A DNA stretch of 64,000 bases. Origin: an uncultured delta proteobacterium. Its GTDB lineage: Bacteria; Bdellovibrionota; FAC87; UBA2466. Of this stretch, positions 7,420 to 17,041 are shown piece after piece (position 1 is the first letter of the stretch; each line of letters opens with the position of its first letter). Made by a program: the position numbers and the translations under genes. Under the pieces are notes generated by a model. It made no database searches, was not told where the DNA came from, and saw nothing but the letters and a program-made list of their open reading frames with translations. The stretch covers positions 448,001 to 512,000 of the forward strand of contig CAVZSV010000005.1 in NCBI GenBank assembly GCA_963778115.1, in the 5' to 3' direction.

Positions 7420-10368
7420 CTATTCCGCGCTGATGGTATTGAACCAAATATCAATGATTTGGAGTATCGTCGACTTGCCTTGGATCGATCTTGTAAAGGT
7501 CGATCGCTCGCGCGTCTGGTTTCCGTAAGGATCCACTTCACTAACCGCAACATAGTTCAGGTTAATAGAATGAATCCCCATGGAGTCCAGCGAATACAGC
7601 TCGTTGGGATCCACGATGCCGTCGTGATTGGCATCAATCCATAGTTCGACATAGCTCCACGCGGAATCGGCCGGACTAAAGATCCCGTCTCCATTATCAT
7701 CGAGGTCTTTTAGAGCCTCGAATCCGTTGGCGGCGAGCTGGCCGTTCTTTAACACCGTGGCGTTACCGAATAATTGGGCACCACTAGTGATGCTGGAAGC
7801 CCCATTTTTCGCGTTGACCAAGAAGGCGACGTTGTTCGCTGATGGCCAGCCTGTGAGTACCGGAGTTCCCGTATTCATCAGATCGAAGTAAACCCCGTTT
7901 TCAGGACTTGAGAGTTTAAATCCCTGTCCCGTCAGATCGAGGATGAGCGGGCTATATTGCATCTGACAGACGTTGGGATCAGAGTCCTGAGTCAGGTTTC
8001 GTCCGTACCACACGTCAACCGATAGCGACGACGGAACGTGGCTCAGAGTGAAAGTCGGAGACTGGACATCCAAGATGTTGGACGCCAATTCGTCACTGCA
8101 CTTTCCGTTCTGATTCGTGTCGTCGCACACTCTCACGTTGAGCATCATGTTATTCCATGCCGATCCGAACTGAGTTTTCAAAGCGCTGATACTCATGCTG
8201 AACGTCGTGGTCCACTTGTTTAACAAGTTAGCCCCAGACATATCAACACTTTGCACCAGAGTGCTCTTTGAAGGCAGCTGCCCCGGCATCTGATCGGTGT
8301 CCTGAGCTAGATCGATAGGCAATCCAGCCGATGCATAATAGGAGGAGTTCGAATTGGAATTATTTTGATTCGGATTCGAAGCCTCCACCGATAAGATCGG
8401 ATGCTTAGCCTCCTCAAAGAAGACAAATTGAGGATAAGGGATCTGACTTCTCATCGAAGAACAAACCCGTGTAGCACCGATCGTGATTGGGGTTGGTTTG
8501 CTTTGCGACGGACAGCCGCTCGAGTTACCCGAGCAACCGCAAGATCCGCCACCCATTCCACCACCAGATCCTGAAGATCCGCCTCCGTTAGACGCCGTTC
8601 CTCCGCTTCCGGTAGTTCCCGAGGTCCCGCCCGTCGGCTTTCCGCTGCTTCCACCAGCCGTCGTCGTACCGCCACCGGTCGTTCCTGTAGAAGTACCACC
8701 GCCTGTTGTGGTGGCTCCTCCGCCAGTCGTTCCTGTATTGCCACCGTCTCCGGTAGTGCCCGAGCCACCCGCGACCGTTCCACCATCTCCGGTTCCGCCG
8801 CCCGTAGTAGTTCCACCCGTCGGTTTTCCGCTACTTCCACCGGCCGTCGTCGTCCCACCGCCCGTGGTTCCCGTTCCGCCTGAAGTCGTTCCGCCAGCCG
8901 TGGTCGTGCCACCACCAGTAGTTCCCGTACCTCCACTCGTCGTGGTTCCCCCGGTAGATCCCGATCCTGTAGTTCCGCCCGTGGTGCCGGTGGACCCTGT
9001 GGTTCCGGTATGACCACCGTCACCCGTACTTCCTGAACCGGAAGCAATCGTTCCTCCATCACCAGTGCCAGAGGTTCCCGTCGATCCCGTACCGGTAGTC
9101 GTTCCCGTTGTTCCACCCGCCGTCGTAGTCCCGCCGGACGTACCCGTGGAAGATCCTCCCGAGGTGGTTCCGCCGGCCGTCGTCGTACCACCAGTAGTTC
9201 CGCTTCCCGTAGTTCCACCCGTAGTTCCCGAACCCGTCGTGGTTCCACCAGCGGTCGTTGTTCCTCCCGTTGTTCCTACGGTCCCGCCATCACCACCTGT
9301 CGAACCCGTGGTTCCAATAGTTCCGCCATCTCCCACACCACTAGATCCCGTACCCGTCGTAGTTCCTGTTCCCGTCCCGCCCGCTGTCGTGGTGCCACCC
9401 GTGGTCCCGCCCGTCGTGGTTCCCGTACCAGTCGTAGTCCCGCCACCCGTGGTTCCTCCAGCGGATCCTCCCGCAACAGCTCCACCACCCGTGGTAGTTC
9501 CAGAACCCGTGGTTCCGGCCGATCCACCTGAAACCGCTCCTCCCCCGACGGTGCCTCCGTCCCCCCCTGTCGAACCTGTCGTTCCGATAGAGCCACCATC
9601 GCCTACACCACTAGATCCCGTTCCCGACGAAGTTCCTCCTGCGATCGTGGTTCCGCCGCCAGTCGTTCCTCCCGTCGTGGTTCCACCTGTAGATCCCGAT
9701 CCTGTAGTTCCGCCCGCCGATCCTCCAGCGACAGCACCACCGCCCGTCGTTCCAGTTCCGGTTGTTCCGCCAGTGGTTCCACTGCCAGAGCCGCTCGAAA
9801 TAGTTCCGGCTCCGCTACCCACCGTACCCGTATCGCCACCGCTTCCCGATCCGCCCGCCGCGATGGTACCACCGTCGCCAGCACCAGTACTTCCCGTCGA
9901 AGAAGTTCCTCCACCAGAAGTCGTTCCGCTTGAACCCGTGGTGGTCCCACCGGAAGTTCCTCCACTAGAAGTTCCGCCAGAGGATCCTGTCGTGGTTCCC
10001 GTGGTTCCTCCACTACTGGTAGTTCCGCCGGAAGAAGTAGTGCCCGAAGATCCCGTCGTACCGCCGATAGTTCCGCTACCCGTTCCTCCCGCAGGCGGAA
10101 TCGTACCGGTATCGCCACTGGTACCAGTTGTCGTGGGAGGAATGTAACCGCCGTCTCCAGGTGTTGTCGTCGAACCTGAACCCGACGTTGTGTCAGCGGC
10201 CTGACCGGGTGCCGTCTCACCGGCATAGAAGGCGCTCGACGCCAAAACACTTTGCTCACTCTGCTGCTGGGCCGTCGTATTGTTACCGCACGACGACGTC
10301 ACAAACAGACCTACGAGACCGACCATAGCAACTAGAATCCGTCCTTTTGCACTGTATCGGTTCTTCAT
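7420..10368 (-). CDS. Surface lipoprotein with a long Gly/Thr/Ser-rich stalk, a Cys-containing domain and a C-terminal FrpC-type self-processing-module (Ca-binding) homologue
   Basis: GGAGG RBS; lipobox-like VTSSC; ~550 aa of G/T/S low complexity; C-terminal SPLILDL...TGW...LFGN...NGFEALKDLDDNGDG...WIDANHDG...ELYSLDSMGIHSINL. Confidence 0.85.
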   Translation of the reverse strand: MKNRYSAKGRILVAMVGLVGLFVTSSCGNNTTAQQQSEQSVLASSAFYAGETAPGQAADTTSGSGSTTTPGDGGYIPPTTTGTSGDTGTIPPAGGTGSGTIGGTTGSSGTTSSGGTTSSGGTTGTTTGSSGGTSSGGTSGGTTTGSSGTTSGGGTSSTGSTGAGDGGTIAAGGSGSGGDTGTVGSGAGTISSGSGSGTTGGTTGTGTTGGGAVAGGSAGGTTGSGSTGGTTTGGTTGGGTTIAGGTSSGTGSSGVGDGGSIGTTGSTGGDGGTVGGGAVSGGSAGTTGSGTTTGGGAVAGGSAGGTTGGGTTTGTGTTTGGTTGGTTTAGGTGTGTTTGTGSSGVGDGGTIGTTGSTGGDGGTVGTTGGTTTAGGTTTGSGTTGGTTGSGTTGGTTTAGGTTSGGSSTGTSGGTTTAGGTTGTTTGTGSTGTSGTGDGGTIASGSGSTGDGGHTGTTGSTGTTGGTTGSGSTGGTTTSGGTGTTGGGTTTAGGTTSGGTGTTGGGTTTAGGSSGKPTGGTTTGGGTGDGGTVAGGSGTTGDGGNTGTTGGGATTTGGGTSTGTTGGGTTTAGGSSGKPTGGTSGTTGSGGTASNGGGSSGSGGGMGGGSCGCSGNSSGCPSQSKPTPITIGATRVCSSMRSQIPYPQFVFFEEAKHPILSVEASNPNQNNSNSNSSYYASAGLPIDLAQDTDQMPGQLPSKSTLVQSVDMSGANLLNKWTTTFSMSISALKTQFGSAWNNMMLNVRVCDDTNQNGKCSDELASNILDVQSPTFTLSHVPSSLSVDVWYGRNLTQDSDPNVCQMQYSPLILDLTGQGFKLSSPENGVYFDLMNTGTPVLTGWPSANNVAFLVNAKNGASSITSGAQLFGNATVLKNGQLAANGFEALKDLDDNGDGIFSPADSAWSYVELWIDANHDGIVDPNELYSLDSMGIHSINLNYVAVSEVDPYGNQTRERSTFTRSIQGKSTILQIIDIWFNTISAE
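8520..10190 (-). repeat. Imperfect coding repeats (GGTTT/GDGGT units) of the Gly/Thr stalk
   Basis: GDGG recurs about ten times; duplicated blocks GTGSSGVGDGG(S/T)IGTTGSTGGDGGTV and GGTTTAGGSSGKPTGG. Confidence 0.85.
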
Positions 10369-10681
10369 ATTGAGCCTCCCGTTTTCGATCTAGTGGTTCT
10401 CTTAATAAAGAGAGCCTCGATTCACTTTCATGATACGCGGCGTCAATGTGCGGTTTTATGAAGGTGTTGTGTGCCCTGCGAAATAGTCGACTAGCACCCT
10501 GAATTGCTTTGTGATTTCGAACTATTGAATTATGAGCAACATGCTTTTCACAATTTTAGTCGTTGAAATAACTCACTAATTCACCAAATAACGCATAGTA
10601 CCTCTCTTTGACCTTGACCCACCGTTCCATCTAAAATTGGAGCTGAAGGAATCTTTTACTAGCCAAGACAAGAGGTACGTT

Positions 10682-11071
10682 ATGCGCAAACCGGCGACGA
10701 TAAACTCGAGTGCTCGTTTTAAAACCGTAACCGGACAAAGGTTGCGAGTCTTTGAGCGAGCTTCCATATCGGGAAGTGTAATGATTCACGACGAGGAACA
10801 TCTCTTTGTAGCTCCTCTTAGCAATATAAGTGCTGGCGGAGTTTTCATCGACAAACTCATCTCTATTCCAGCGGGCAAAGTCGTTCGCATCGTCGTGAAG
10901 TCTCCCAAACTGGATAAGCCCGTTCAGGCTAAAGGAACGATCGTACGAGTCGAAAGCGACGAGCGCCGGGGAACCGCCGTGGAATTTACGTCCATTTCAA
11001 GTCAAGCCAGAGAAGTGATTCAGAATTGCGTGTTCGAAACTCGAATGGAGGGGGCGCTAAAGGTTGCCTAA
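10682..11071 (+). CDS. PilZ-domain protein (c-di-GMP receptor family)
   Basis: RVFER RxxxR motif, NISAGG motif, GTAVEF; AGAGG RBS before the ATG at 10682. Confidence 0.88.
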   Translation: MRKPATINSSARFKTVTGQRLRVFERASISGSVMIHDEEHLFVAPLSNISAGGVFIDKLISIPAGKVVRIVVKSPKLDKPVQAKGTIVRVESDERRGTAVEFTSISSQAREVIQNCVFETRMEGALKVA

Positions 11072-11096
11072 GCGTTCCGGGGGTTGAGGGGTGTTT

Positions 11097-14000
11097 ATGA
11101 AAACTCGAATTAGATTTACCATAGTGTCTGCCATTTGCTTGGTCGTTGGCGCCTCGCTTTTCACAGTGAGTGCTTTCGGCGATTCCGCTACTTCAACGCG
11201 CAATCGAATCCGAATTAAAAAGACTAGCCAGCTACAACCTAGCGCCTCACCAGACGACGCGGAACAATACTCCGTCGAGAAGATGGAGCTGCTCAATCAA
11301 AAAAGACGAGCTCTAATTTTGGATATCAAACGATTCCTGCGAGAAGCTCGAGATGCGGAGCAGAAGTCCGAATTAAATCTTCGGTTGGGCGGTCTTTATA
11401 TGGAAGACTACCACGCCAATCTCGCCAAAGCTCAAATCGCTTTTGAAAAGGAATCAGCTAAGCTGCCTAAAGGCGCTAAGAAGAACGTAAAGTTCGACAA
11501 TTCGGAAGCCATGGCATCGCTCGATAAAGCGCGGGCCATCTACAAAGATTTGTTAGGTCGTTATCCCCGCCATCCTCGTCGCGACGAAATGTACTATTTT
11601 TTAGCGGTAGCTTCTTTGGATAAAAGTAAACTGGACGAAGGGATGGCTTACTTTAAAAAGCTCTCTGAGGATACGCCCAATTCGAAATATATGAGTGATT
11701 CGCTAGTTCAACTGGGCGACTACTATTTCGATTCCAACAAATTCCCCCAAGCGGAAGTCTACTTTGACAAAATTATTAATAAAAAGGCGCCCACCCTGGT
11801 ACCTTACGCCACTTACAAAAAGGCGTGGTGTGAATATAACCTCGGCCGTCCATTGGTTGCGCTAAATCTCTTTAAGTGGGTTATTAATAATGACGGAGAA
11901 GAGGGTTCCAATTCCATTCGAATTAAAGGGGAAGCTCTCAAAGACATCACCCTTCCCTTCGTAGATTTGAAATTGGTTAACGATTCGATCGCTTTCTTCC
12001 GCGCCGCTGGGGATCCCTATACCCGCCATGGTATGGAAACGATGGCAGCACTTTACTTTGAAGCCGGCGATTACAAAAACGCCATCGTCATGAATCAAAC
12101 ACTGCTCGCCATGGATCCCAACCATGTGAAAAATCCGAGCTATGATGTCTCCATCATTGAATCTTACAAACTTCAGCACCAAGAAGATCCGGCAATCAAT
12201 CGTTTGTTTACGGTTCTGCCCAACTACATGATCAATTCGAGCTGGTATGAGATTAACTCTTCTAACTCCAAGGCCATTTCTGAGGCGGCCACCGAGTTTG
12301 AAGATCTCGCCTGGAAATACGGTACCGACTACCACGCTCAAGCCCAACGGACCAAAAACGAACAGCTATATAACATGGCAAAAAGTCTTTACGGCAAATA
12401 TCTAGAGTTTTTCCCGCATAGCGTACGCGCCACCAAAGTTCGCTTTGAACTTGCCGAAATTCTCTACAAACAGAGCCAATACATCGCAGCCGCTGACAAC
12501 TACTACGCAGTCTACAAAGATCCTCAAGGGGGCCAGCTAAAGCTTCAGTCGATCCAAAATGGATTAATGTCCTTAGATAGAGAGCTCAATTTAGAGCGTA
12601 AAAAATTAGGATTGGACGAAATCAGTAGCCGAACCAATTCCAAGCTCAAAGACGCCGAAGATGCCAATCTTGCTGTACAAGAGTATTCCGATGTCGAAGT
12701 TAAGTTTCTAAGCATGGCGGAAGAATATCTCTCAGCCTATCCCAATGCCAAAAACGGAGCTGACATTGTGTATGAAAGCGCCTATCTGCAATACCTTCAT
12801 CATGATTTCGCCAAGGCCTACAAGAATTTCTGGAACATCGTAAAGGTCTTCCCCAAACATGAAACAGCCTACACCTCGGCTCACCTTATTTTGGATATCC
12901 TTAATCGCAAAAAGGACTACGACAAAATGATCGAAGCCAGCAAGAAGTTCTTGGATACCCCGGAGCTTTCTCATGCTGATTTCCGCGCGGACATTTCCGA
13001 CATTCTCCGCCATTCTGTCTTGAAAAAGATTCAGGTCATCGAGGATAAGCAAAACTATAAAGAGGCTGCCGAAGCCTATATCGAATATACGAAAGAATAT
13101 GGGCCTGAAGATCTCTCCCTCTTTGAAAAGGCGCTATACAACGCTTCAGTAGACTATACGAAAGCCAACAACTACCCTCGCGCCGTGGATGCCCAAGAGC
13201 AGTTCCTCAGACGTTTTCCGAAAAGCGCTCTACGTGAAAAAATGTTCCTCCAAGTCGCCAAGACTTACGAGCTTTTCGCGAACTTCGATAAAGCGGCCTA
13301 CTACTACGATCAGTTTTCAAGTCTATATCCGTCCAATCCTCAGGCGAAAAATGCCCTCCGCTTGGCCGGTCTCTACTATTGGGGCTCGGGAAATCCTGAG
13401 AAGGCCGAATCTACTATGCTCACCTACTTAGGCAAACATCCCGACGACCGAAAGCTTATCGAGAAAGATATTTTAGATCTCTATGAGTCTGAAGGGGCTA
13501 CGAACAAATTGGTGAACTACTATCTCAAAGCACGCGCGGAACGCGGCTGCCCCGCCTCCGACTATGTAGCCTACAGTCTAAAAATCGCTGAAATCCAGTC
13601 AGCGCGTACCGGAAAAATGCCTACTCAAGTGATGGAAGAAGCTTTGAAAGCTTCTCAACACTTTGCCAAACAGATGACGGAAACACCCAAAGGGGCCGAG
13701 GCTTTGGCGAAACTGCGATTCTGGTACTCGAACCTCAGAGAAAACGCATTCTACGGAATCAAGCTCGAACTGCCGCAACGCCAACTTGAAGTTAACTTGC
13801 AAAGGAAACTTGCGATGCTCAAAGAGATCGAAAAAGACTATGCAAGTGTGGCTTCCCTCGGAGGCGAATGGGGCTTAGGAGCCATGTACAAAACAGCGGT
13901 CGCTTACCATCGATTGGCTTCCGATATTCAGCAGGCTCCGGTACCGCCCGAGCTCTCCGCGGAACAAGTGGATATGTACCGGGAGCAGATCAACAAAGCC

Positions 14001-15146
14001 TTTATCAAGCCTTTCAGCGAAAAGGCGATGTCGATGGCAGCCACTTGTCTGGATCGCGCCCAAGAATTAGGGGTACTCTCCGTCTGGACTCCTCGTTGCT
14101 ATTCGTTGGCTTCCGAGTTGGATAGCAACCGCTATCCCGTGGTGAGAACTTTCTACTTACCGCCTCTAGAACTGGCTTTAATGATCCCCGAAAACAACGA
14201 ATCAAAAATTCAAGTGGGCTCGATTAAACAGTACGCCTATCCTTTCTTCTCCTTCGGCCTGTTCAGTCCGGGAGATTCTCGGTCTGTCGCTAGCCTTGGA
14301 GAAGGTTCGGGTTTCTATTCGGATGGACGTTCCTCTTCGGACGGAGTCCTAGCTGCAATCCCCACGAGCCTTAACTATAAAATTCTTTCCGATGAAAGAA
14401 AGATAATCTTAAATGACGCTCTCAATGCGGCAAAGCCATCCGATACTCATCAAGGATATTCCTTAGCTTATCTGAATCTATTAAGACTCGTAAATCCGAA
14501 CCGGGCTCTTCCTTTAGTGCTCGAAACGTTACAAAAAGACCCTCAAAACGAATCGCTGCACAATTTACTGGGGCTGACTTATTTACAGTTGGGCAACAAT
14601 GCAGCGGCTAAGGTGACTTGGCTATCGATGGTGGCGCAAGGAACCAAAAACGCGTCCTTATGGAATAACCTGGGAGTCTTGGCCTTTATGCAAGGTCGAG
14701 AAGCCGTCGCTCTGGAGTACTTCAACGAAGCGATTGCCATGACGAGCCCGCGAGAGGCCCTGGATAATCTAGGCTTCATTTCGCTGAAGTATCGAAACGG
14801 CTTCGGAGCGAAGAAGCACTTCGAAGAAGCTTTGGCGCTTGAAAAAAGTTCCGTCATCAGCCAAGTCGGTTATGCCACGGCACTTCTGCAAAATCGTGAG
14901 ATGGACGCAGCAAAAGAGCGGTTGGTTGATTTGAGCCGTAAATACAAGACCGATCCTTACGCGCGATTATCTCTGGGTTACTACCTCATCGATGTTGAGA
15001 AGGAGAACGAACTCGCCTCTAAAGTATTAGGTGAATACGTCGATCAACAAGCCCTGGACAACGACATACAGTTCCGGCAGGCCTTACAGGAAGCCAGACA
15101 CCAGAGAGGACAAGGCGAGGAGTTACCGGCAATTGGCGGGCCCTAA
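11097..15146 (+). CDS. Large exported TPR protein, GltD/AgmU-like (gliding-motility family), with an extra C-terminal TPR block
   Basis: Signal peptide; many TPRs (YPRHPRRDEMYYFLA, YATYKKAWC); AgmU-like segment LQRKLAML...EWGLGAMY...APVPPELSAEQVDMYREQI. Confidence 0.75.
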   Translation: MKTRIRFTIVSAICLVVGASLFTVSAFGDSATSTRNRIRIKKTSQLQPSASPDDAEQYSVEKMELLNQKRRALILDIKRFLREARDAEQKSELNLRLGGLYMEDYHANLAKAQIAFEKESAKLPKGAKKNVKFDNSEAMASLDKARAIYKDLLGRYPRHPRRDEMYYFLAVASLDKSKLDEGMAYFKKLSEDTPNSKYMSDSLVQLGDYYFDSNKFPQAEVYFDKIINKKAPTLVPYATYKKAWCEYNLGRPLVALNLFKWVINNDGEEGSNSIRIKGEALKDITLPFVDLKLVNDSIAFFRAAGDPYTRHGMETMAALYFEAGDYKNAIVMNQTLLAMDPNHVKNPSYDVSIIESYKLQHQEDPAINRLFTVLPNYMINSSWYEINSSNSKAISEAATEFEDLAWKYGTDYHAQAQRTKNEQLYNMAKSLYGKYLEFFPHSVRATKVRFELAEILYKQSQYIAAADNYYAVYKDPQGGQLKLQSIQNGLMSLDRELNLERKKLGLDEISSRTNSKLKDAEDANLAVQEYSDVEVKFLSMAEEYLSAYPNAKNGADIVYESAYLQYLHHDFAKAYKNFWNIVKVFPKHETAYTSAHLILDILNRKKDYDKMIEASKKFLDTPELSHADFRADISDILRHSVLKKIQVIEDKQNYKEAAEAYIEYTKEYGPEDLSLFEKALYNASVDYTKANNYPRAVDAQEQFLRRFPKSALREKMFLQVAKTYELFANFDKAAYYYDQFSSLYPSNPQAKNALRLAGLYYWGSGNPEKAESTMLTYLGKHPDDRKLIEKDILDLYESEGATNKLVNYYLKARAERGCPASDYVAYSLKIAEIQSARTGKMPTQVMEEALKASQHFAKQMTETPKGAEALAKLRFWYSNLRENAFYGIKLELPQRQLEVNLQRKLAMLKEIEKDYASVASLGGEWGLGAMYKTAVAYHRLASDIQQAPVPPELSAEQVDMYREQINKAFIKPFSEKAMSMAATCLDRAQELGVLSVWTPRCYSLASELDSNRYPVVRTFYLPPLELALMIPENNESKIQVGSIKQYAYPFFSFGLFSPGDSRSVASLGEGSGFYSDGRSSSDGVLAAIPTSLNYKILSDERKIILNDALNAAKPSDTHQGYSLAYLNLLRLVNPNRALPLVLETLQKDPQNESLHNLLGLTYLQLGNNAAAKVTWLSMVAQGTKNASLWNNLGVLAFMQGREAVALEYFNEAIAMTSPREALDNLGFISLKYRNGFGAKKHFEEALALEKSSVISQVGYATALLQNREMDAAKERLVDLSRKYKTDPYARLSLGYYLIDVEKENELASKVLGEYVDQQALDNDIQFRQALQEARHQRGQGEELPAIGGP

Positions 15147-15162
15147 ACCTATCCAAAATTCG

Positions 15163-15215
15163 GTCCTTGCGAGTCGAAGGAGCGAAGCAATCCCCCTTGC
15201 CTGAGGGGAGGGGGA
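15163..15215. repeat. REP-like half element plus a GC hairpin between convergent genes (possible terminator)
   Basis: GTCCTTGCGAG...GAGCGAAGCAATC resembles the element at 4560-4591; followed by a TCCCCCT...AGGGGGA hairpin. Confidence 0.45.
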
Positions 15216-15221
15216 ACGACT

Positions 15222-15875
15222 TTACGAGCTAAACCTCTTCGGCTTCGCAATCGCGTACCCTCGCTTAGATCGCAGCTCCTCCAAAAAATCCCACAGATAC
15301 TTCGCACCGGAATAAAGCGAAATGACGAGGGCTATGTAGAGGATCCACATCCCAATAAGGTAAGCGCTAGCCCCAAAAACACTCCCGTACCACATCAAAA
15401 ATCCAAGACCAGCCAACTGAAAGGTCAGTTTCAGTTTTCCAAACTTACCGGCAGCTATCATGATCCCCTCACCCGCTGCGATGCCTCGAAGCCCGGTTAT
15501 CATCAGTTCCCGCGAGAGCAATAAGATAACCAACCAAGCTTGTACTCTTCCCAGCTTCATCAACATGATGAGCCCCACCATGAGAAACAGTTTGTCGGCC
15601 AAAGGATCTAAAAATTTTCCGAAGAGCGTTTCGATATTCCAGTGGCGGGCCAACCAGCCATCGAGCAAGTCGGTTATGCCCGCAAAAATCACGACCCCAG
15701 CAGCCAGTCGCCCGGGTGAAAAGCGAAACATAAAATCCGCCGATAATGCCGGCTGCTCGCCATCGAATTCGAGAAGCAGCGCCATGATAGGAATCAGCGC
15801 GATGCGAAATAGCGTCAGGCAGTTCGGCAAATTCAACAGGTTCTCTGTCGATTTCAGTCCTTTTACAAAATTCAT
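15222..15875 (-). CDS. pgsA: CDP-diacylglycerol--glycerol-3-phosphate 3-phosphatidyltransferase
   Basis: NLPNCLTLFRI, TDLLDGWLAR and GKFLDPLADK CDP-alcohol phosphotransferase motifs. Confidence 0.93.
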   Translation of the reverse strand: MNFVKGLKSTENLLNLPNCLTLFRIALIPIMALLLEFDGEQPALSADFMFRFSPGRLAAGVVIFAGITDLLDGWLARHWNIETLFGKFLDPLADKLFLMVGLIMLMKLGRVQAWLVILLLSRELMITGLRGIAAGEGIMIAAGKFGKLKLTFQLAGLGFLMWYGSVFGASAYLIGMWILYIALVISLYSGAKYLWDFLEELRSKRGYAIAKPKRFSS

Positions 15876-16045
15876 GCAAATCCAAGTCTAGTGGGTTGTG
15901 ATGTGGTTTTCGACCTTTTTGTCCGGTCTTTTGGGACGGAGTTCCAAACTCTGTGTATGGTCGTATAAGTTATATTAAGTATCATGAAAAGATAAATCCT
16001 TTCGCAGCTTGGCGGCCCGCGCCAGAGCCCCTTTGATTAGCGCGC

Positions 16046-16432
16046 TTAGTCTTTGGGATAGTCTTTAGCCTGGTGCTTGGCTCGAATGATGGTTTTAATG
16101 TTCCCGCGAACGTTGAAGTCACCCCAAACTTCGATTTTCCAAGGCTCAAGCTCTTTGACTAGGTCCGTCAGGATCTGATTCACGGCGGCTTCGTGAAACA
16201 GGCGCCGATTGCGGTAGGAATTAATATAGAGTTTGAGGGATTTAAGCTCCACACACTTAGTTCTAGGCTCATAAATGATGTGGATCGTGCCGAAATCGGG
16301 AAATCCGCTCTTGGGGCAAAGAGCCGTCCATTCCGGACACGTAAAGTCAATTTCGTAGCGTCTGCCCTGCTCCGGGTTCTCAAAGCTATCCAGTCGGGCG
16401 TCGGCGGTCGGGTCAAATTCGAACTCATTCAT
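16046..16432 (-). CDS. queF: NADPH-dependent 7-cyano-7-deazaguanine reductase (type I QueF)
   Basis: EWTALCPKSGFPDFG, ELKSLKLYINSYRN QueF motif, FHE, FNVRGNI. Confidence 0.95.
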   Translation of the reverse strand: MNEFEFDPTADARLDSFENPEQGRRYEIDFTCPEWTALCPKSGFPDFGTIHIIYEPRTKCVELKSLKLYINSYRNRRLFHEAAVNQILTDLVKELEPWKIEVWGDFNVRGNIKTIIRAKHQAKDYPKD

Positions 16433-16522
16433 GTCTGCTTTCTATTACAGGCCCCCCAAAAAGAGCAAGTTTTTCGACGAGACCCCAAGAGCGGAATGCT
16501 TTATAATTTAAATACCTATTCC

Positions 16523-17041
16523 ATGTCACTTCTTCGACCCATTAATGCAGCCTTTGATCTTCTTATCGAAGAATCCTCGCCATCCAAGCTTTCTGGCGGC
16601 ATCGTCTTGGGAATGCTCCTGGGGTTGACCCCTTTTCCGACGCTGCAGTGGTTGTTTTATTTGTGTCTATTTTTCGTCCTGAGCGTGAATCTAGGAACTG
16701 CCATCGCTTCGTATCTCTTTTTCTCCATCGTGGGATTATGTTTAGATCCGCTGTTTCATCCACTGGGGTGGTGGATTCTGACCGGAGTGCCGGCACTTCA
16801 AAAACCGTTCGCGTGGAGTTACCACGCTCTGCTTTTACCCTACACACGTTTCAGCAATACGGTGGTGCTGGGAAGTTTTATCGTTTCGATGGTTCTTTGC
16901 CTTCCGCTCTATTTTATTTCCCAAAGTGTAATTCGCAAGCATGGCCCCAGAATCTGGTACCGCATTAAACAAAGTTTAATTGGCCGAGTGTGGCTAACGT
17001 CGAGTGTCTATCGAAACTATGCGACAAAAAAATCCCAATAA
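16523..17041 (+). CDS. TIGR03546-family (DUF2062-like) membrane protein
   Basis: SPSKLSGGIVLGMLLGLTP, LDPLFHPLG and PYTRFSNTVVLGS; overlaps its usual partner. The start is moved to the ATG at 16523 because the longer ORF overlaps queF. Confidence 0.82.
   Translation: MSLLRPINAAFDLLIEESSPSKLSGGIVLGMLLGLTPFPTLQWLFYLCLFFVLSVNLGTAIASYLFFSIVGLCLDPLFHPLGWWILTGVPALQKPFAWSYHALLLPYTRFSNTVVLGSFIVSMVLCLPLYFISQSVIRKHGPRIWYRIKQSLIGRVWLTSSVYRNYATKKSQ

Noticed and set aside
8483..10147. Pro/Val-rich + strand ORFs (176 and 360 aa) and Arg-rich alternative minus-frame ORFs
   Set aside because: They are antisense or frame shadows of the Gly/Thr repeat gene, which has the RBS, lipobox and a recognisable C-terminal domain.
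8520..10190. Repetitive DNA as a possible CRISPR array
   Set aside because: The repeats are codon-level, degenerate and in frame; there is no constant repeat with unique spacers and no cas gene.
16304..16495. 13-bp inverted repeat between the queF coding region (16304-16316) and its upstream region (16483-16495)
   Set aside because: It could be chance in 64 kb, and the upstream arm probably lies in promoter DNA outside the queF transcript.
16433..16520. preQ1 riboswitch upstream of queF
   Set aside because: No recognisable preQ1 aptamer stem with an A-rich tail in this short divergent intergenic region.
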